Source: an uncultured Selenomonas sp.
GTDB taxonomy: Bacteria > Bacillota > Negativicutes > Selenomonadales > Selenomonadaceae
Direction of reading: 5' to 3'
Assembly: GCA_905373085.1 (NCBI GenBank)
Contig: CAJPRR010000001.1
Span: 1 to 59,690 of the forward strand
DNA length: 59,690 nucleotides
Shown here: positions 56,374 through 59,690 of the stretch, in pieces
How the letters are laid out: every line of letters starts with the position of its first letter
Numbering within the stretch: position 1 is the first letter of the stretch
Position numbers and translations under genes: made by a program
The notes under the pieces: generated by a model
Databases searched by the model: none
What the model was told of the DNA's origin: nothing
What the model saw: the letters and a program-made list of their open reading frames with translations, nothing else

Positions 56374-57030
56374 ATGAAGGCTTTGGCAGGGAGATTCGCC
56401 GCCATCACGCTGGCGGCTGTCCTTCTTTGCGTTGGCGGCTATTGGTTCTTCTTTGCGGGCGGCAGCGCGCGGCTTCTTGCGGGCGGTGCGCATGAGGCGC
56501 CGAGCGCCTCGTCTCAGGAAAAGGCGCAGGAAGGAAAAGCGGCGAAGGGCGGCGAAGCGGCCGCCGTGGACGCCAAGGACGTGAAGGAAGCGCAGGAAAA
56601 GGCGAAGGAAGAAGCGGACAAGGAGAAGGAAAAGAAGGAAGGCAAGAGTCCGTATTCCCTGCAGGTCATGATCTTGGAGGCGAAGCGCGTCGAATCGATC
56701 GAAGGAGCGAAGGGGGACGGCCCGTTCCTCGTCGTCAAGGCCTCGATCGCGAACGCCGACAAGCAGCCCGTGAGCGTCGTGCCGCAGGGCATATCGCTCA
56801 CGGACAGCGATCAGGCTCGCCACAGCGTATCGAAGGACGGCATGGCGGCGCTCGCCGCGCGGCAGACGCCCGTGTTCAACGCCGTCGACATCCCGCCCGG
56901 CGCGGCAGCGACGGCGAGCCTCGTCTTCGAGCTTGACGCAGACGAGCATCCTTCCGTGCTGACGATTCAGCCCGCCGGCGGCGGCGACGTGATGAAGTTC
57001 CATCTGCCCGACAGCGTGAAAGGGATATGA
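56374..57030 (+). CDS. membrane-anchored DUF4352-like (Ig-fold) protein
   Basis: N-terminal TM helix, Lys/Glu linker, FLVVKASIAN..ISLTD..IPPG..LVFEL. Confidence 0.7.
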   Translation: MKALAGRFAAITLAAVLLCVGGYWFFFAGGSARLLAGGAHEAPSASSQEKAQEGKAAKGGEAAAVDAKDVKEAQEKAKEEADKEKEKKEGKSPYSLQVMILEAKRVESIEGAKGDGPFLVVKASIANADKQPVSVVPQGISLTDSDQARHSVSKDGMAALAARQTPVFNAVDIPPGAAATASLVFELDADEHPSVLTIQPAGGGDVMKFHLPDSVKGI

Positions 57031-57058
57031 AAAAAGGAGCCGTCCGGCTCCTTTTTTC
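57029..57058. terminator. bidirectional terminator
   Basis: GAAAAAAGGAGCCG-TC-CGGCTCCTTTTTTC between convergent genes. Confidence 0.85.
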
Positions 57059-57090
57059 CTGCACGCAAAGCGAATGTTGCTGTGCGCGGG

Positions 57091-57786
57091 CTACAGTCGT
57101 TCCGCGAGCGCTGCGGCAATCGTCTTCTGCTCTTCATCGGACAGCGGGTGCTCGTCGGGAAAGTTCTTGATGTGATCGAGCACGTCTTCTTCCGACGTGT
57201 AGCAGCCCTCGATCTGTTCTTCGAACTCCGCGCGAGTGAAGCAGACGCTGCCGTCGATCCACGGGCGGACGCCGCAGGAGGCGAGGTACGACTGCAGCTC
57301 GCGGATGTTGCGCTTCATCTGCTGCAGGGGATTCTTCATAGGCACGCGATACGGCGTGCCCTTGCTGCCGACCTTGTGACGGATCCAGTCGCTGCCCGCT
57401 GTCGGCTCGATCTTGCCCGAGCGCGTCTTGACATCGACGATGAAGACGCCGTTCGCCCCGACGATGACGGCGTCGAGGTTCGTGCGCACGCCGATGCTTA
57501 CGTTCGTGAAGAGCTGGAAGGATTCGGGCAGGTTCTTGAGGAATGCGACTTTTTCCGAGCTTTTCCTCGTGGCCGCTCCGGGGCCGCGTGCACCGCTTCC
57601 CGCGGCCAGCGTGACGATGGCGAGGACGATTCCTGTGAAGATGTAGAGGGCGTAGGGATCCGGCTCAAGGAAGACGAGTCCTGCGAGCCAGAGCAGGAAG
57701 ACGACGAGGCAGACGGCCGCGAGGAAACGGTAGGTCAGCTGCGCTGCATTGGCCGGAAGCGTGTTTTGTGGCTGAACTGTGGTCAT
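57091..57786 (-). CDS. membrane protein with a NERD nuclease-related domain
   Basis: Two N-terminal TM helices, LDAVIVGANGVFIVDVK, NPLQQ. Confidence 0.8.
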   Translation of the reverse strand: MTTVQPQNTLPANAAQLTYRFLAAVCLVVFLLWLAGLVFLEPDPYALYIFTGIVLAIVTLAAGSGARGPGAATRKSSEKVAFLKNLPESFQLFTNVSIGVRTNLDAVIVGANGVFIVDVKTRSGKIEPTAGSDWIRHKVGSKGTPYRVPMKNPLQQMKRNIRELQSYLASCGVRPWIDGSVCFTRAEFEEQIEGCYTSEEDVLDHIKNFPDEHPLSDEEQKTIAAALAERL

Positions 57787-57849
57787 AAAGAGTTCCTTTC
57801 TTGGAGAAATCTAATAAGACAAAAAGCCTAAGAGGCATGGGTTCTTTAT

Positions 57850-57876
57850 TAAGGTGCAGACTGCTTTAGACGATAT
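57850..57876 (+). promoter_or_regulatory. sigma28 (SigD/FliA)-like promoter
   Basis: TAAG-N15-GACGATAT compared with the consensus TAAA-N15-GCCGATAW. Confidence 0.55.
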
Positions 57877-57942
57877 AAGGGGCGTAAGGGAAAACGATTT
57901 TCCTTTATTGGAATCCTTTTTCATTTTCAGGAGGTGTCCGCC

Positions 57943-58224
57943 ATGATTGACAGGGTTGAAAAGATCGCGCGCATGAAGGGCGCCGTCTATGATGTACGTC
58001 GCCGCGAGGCGAAGGACGGCGAGAGCGGGAACAAGAAGGAAAACTTCAAGCGCATGCTCGCGTCGGCGATGGAGAAGAACAAGAAGGATCGCGAGGAAAA
58101 GGAGGAAGAGGCGGAGCACGACGCCTATCATCTCGATGTGCATCGCGCTACGCAGTCACTTTTCTATCGAAGCCGGCAGGCGCTCGACCTGCGAGGGCTT
58201 GCAAGCCGAATCCATGCTGGATGA
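57943..58224 (+). CDS. small hypothetical protein
   Basis: Strong RBS AGGAGGTG, host-like codon usage, overlaps the tadA start. Confidence 0.7.
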   Translation: MIDRVEKIARMKGAVYDVRRREAKDGESGNKKENFKRMLASAMEKNKKDREEKEEEAEHDAYHLDVHRATQSLFYRSRQALDLRGLASRIHAG

Positions 58225-58717
58225 CGTCGCCTTTATGAAGGAGGCGCTCAAGGAGGCGCAGGAGGCCTTCCGGGCAGGCGAGGTGCCCATCGGCGCCGTG
58301 CTCGTCGATGCGGATGGCGCGGTTGTCGCGCGTGCGCACAATATGCGCGAGACTTGGCACGACGGCACGGCGCATGCCGAGATCGTCGCCCTGCAGGAGG
58401 CTGCGAGGAAGCTCGGACGCTGGCGTCTTTCGGGGCTGACGCTCTACGTCACGGTCGAGCCTTGCCCGATGTGCGCGGGGGCGCTCGTCATGAGCCGCGT
58501 CGACCGCGTCGTCTACGGTGCGACGGACGCGAAGGCGGGCGCCTGCGAGTCGCTCTTCAACATCGTTCGCCATCCCGCGCTCAATCATCAGCTGGAGATG
58601 CGTGCGGGCGTTTTGGAAGACGAGTGCAGAGCCGTCATGAAGCGCTTCTTCAAGGAGCGGCGCAAGCGCGGCGCTTTGAAGAAGCGTACGAATCGAGCGT
58701 GCGATGCGCCCGAGTGA
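58214..58717 (+). CDS. tadA: tRNA adenosine(34) deaminase
   Basis: GEVPIGAV, AHAE, TVEPCPMCAGA, FFKERR. Confidence 0.93.
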   Translation: MLDDVAFMKEALKEAQEAFRAGEVPIGAVLVDADGAVVARAHNMRETWHDGTAHAEIVALQEAARKLGRWRLSGLTLYVTVEPCPMCAGALVMSRVDRVVYGATDAKAGACESLFNIVRHPALNHQLEMRAGVLEDECRAVMKRFFKERRKRGALKKRTNRACDAPE

Positions 58718-58738
58718 GCGACTGCCTGTCTTGCTTCC

Positions 58739-59443
58739 TTAAATATCCCAAGCAAGAAGCTCGGGGCGCGGTGTTGCGCGGTCGATTTCGTTCAAGATCC
58801 AAGAGGCGTTCTCATGCGTAGCGGAGAACGCCTTTTCGATTGCATCTTCATATTCTGCGGGGATCTCCATTTCGTGAAGAGCCATGTGCATGTAGTCTTT
58901 TGCGACGAGGACGACGCCGCGCTCGGCGGCAAGCTGCGCCTTGAAGCGGTAGCCGTAGTAGAGGTAGCTGTTGTGCTTGACAGGAATGTCCTCATAGGCG
59001 GCGATGCGCTCGTCGCATTCGGCTTCGGCCTCGGCGGCGCGTCCCATCGCGTGCAGGATGTTCCAGCGTGCCGCCCAAAGCTCGCCGCGCAGGATGAACT
59101 TGTAGAGATAGTCCGTCTCCTCAGCCAGCTCGATGGCGAGGTTTATATGGGCGAGCGCATCCTCGTGCTCCTTCGCCGCGTGCTCGATCTCGCTGAGACG
59201 CTGCAGGGCGAAGATTTTTTCCTCGATTTCCTCGCTGTTTCCCTCGTCGACGTCCTCGTCGAGAACGGAGCGGAAAAGCTCGCGTGCCTCCTGCGCTTTG
59301 CCGATTTCCTGCATGGCGAGAAAATGGCCGAGCCGGGCGCGTGCGTGCCAGTCGCCGAAGCCGCTTGCAAAAAGCGCTTCGGGCGGCTTCCTCTTGCTCT
59401 TGAGCACGAGCGCGACGAGCGCATCAAAATCCTCTTTTGTCAC
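58739..59443 (-). CDS. hypothetical alpha-helical (TPR-like) protein
   Basis: GTG start after GGGAGGA, helical repeat character, host-like codon usage. Confidence 0.7.
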   Translation of the reverse strand: MTKEDFDALVALVLKSKRKPPEALFASGFGDWHARARLGHFLAMQEIGKAQEARELFRSVLDEDVDEGNSEEIEEKIFALQRLSEIEHAAKEHEDALAHINLAIELAEETDYLYKFILRGELWAARWNILHAMGRAAEAEAECDERIAAYEDIPVKHNSYLYYGYRFKAQLAAERGVVLVAKDYMHMALHEMEIPAEYEDAIEKAFSATHENASWILNEIDRATPRPELLAWDI

Positions 59444-59624
59444 GGATGAATCCTCCCTTGAATCTGCACATATTTATCTATTCGACCTTCGCCTGCGATT
59501 CCCTGCCGTTTGCAAAACATCTTCTTCTTGCGGTATAATCAAGAAGACTGGATGAAGGAAGTATCGTTATTTTATCCGTGCTTTCCAAGAAAGCGTCTAT
59601 CCCGTGTGAAACGGATGTGAGGAA

Positions 59625-59690
59625 ATGTTGAAGCAGATGATCGTCAATGCCGATGATTTCGGCCGCCATGTGCGCATCAATGAGGCGGTG
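59625..59690 (+). CDS. YdjC/ChbG/HpnK-family deacetylase, N-terminus (truncated by window edge)
   Basis: MLKQMIVNADDFGRHVRINEAV contains the IVNADDFG family signature. Candidate promoter TTGCAA-18-TATAAT at 59510-59539. Confidence 0.8.
   Translation, partial: MLKQMIVNADDFGRHVRINEAV

Noticed and set aside
57091..57786. NERD protein as part of a defence or mobile system
   Set aside because: It is a solitary membrane-anchored gene with degenerate catalytic residues (DVK instead of ExK) and no helicase or methylase neighbours.

Overview
High-GC chromosomal window from a flagellated diderm Firmicute. The Firmicute-type codY-fla/che gene order together with a TonB-dependent outer-membrane receptor points to Negativicutes, most likely Selenomonas-like (inference). 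Layout: (1) 1-2.4 kb: 3' end of a SPINDLY/OGT-like (GT41) glycosyltransferase, a sirtuin and codY. (2) 2.7-35.9 kb: a ~33 kb flagellar/chemotaxis cluster from flgB to fliA, DUF342/FapA and a SwrB-like gene; motAB, cheB/cheR, flgF/G/H/I and flagellin genes are not in the window. (3) tRNA-Pro(TGG) and tRNA-Arg(TCT) on the minus strand. (4) A cbiK / TonB-dependent receptor / peptide-nickel ABC / Tat metallophosphoesterase / PilZ locus. (5) Mixed genes: M18 peptidase and Na+:solute symporter, nfeD-floA-yqfB-like, an H-NOX chemoreceptor, rubredoxin (missed by the ORF track), mdh, NERD, tadA and a partial YdjC-family gene. No CRISPR array, integrase or transposase was seen. Best candidate for an undescribed system: the small conserved gene between flgD and flgE encodes a protein with an export-substrate-like N-terminus and an RNase/RNA-binding-like HAxxRMxxRGI motif, and is followed directly by a three-hairpin RNA element (two loops share GACAGA) in the flgE leader. 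This suggests export-coupled post-transcriptional control of hook synthesis (hypothesis). Other leads: a 22-bp-period repeat array and a sigmaH-like promoter before flgB, a Prp-protease-like LQLF/A motif at the FlhB N-terminus, a sigma28-type orphan gene overlapping tadA, and an H-NOX receptor that keeps all O2-binding residues.
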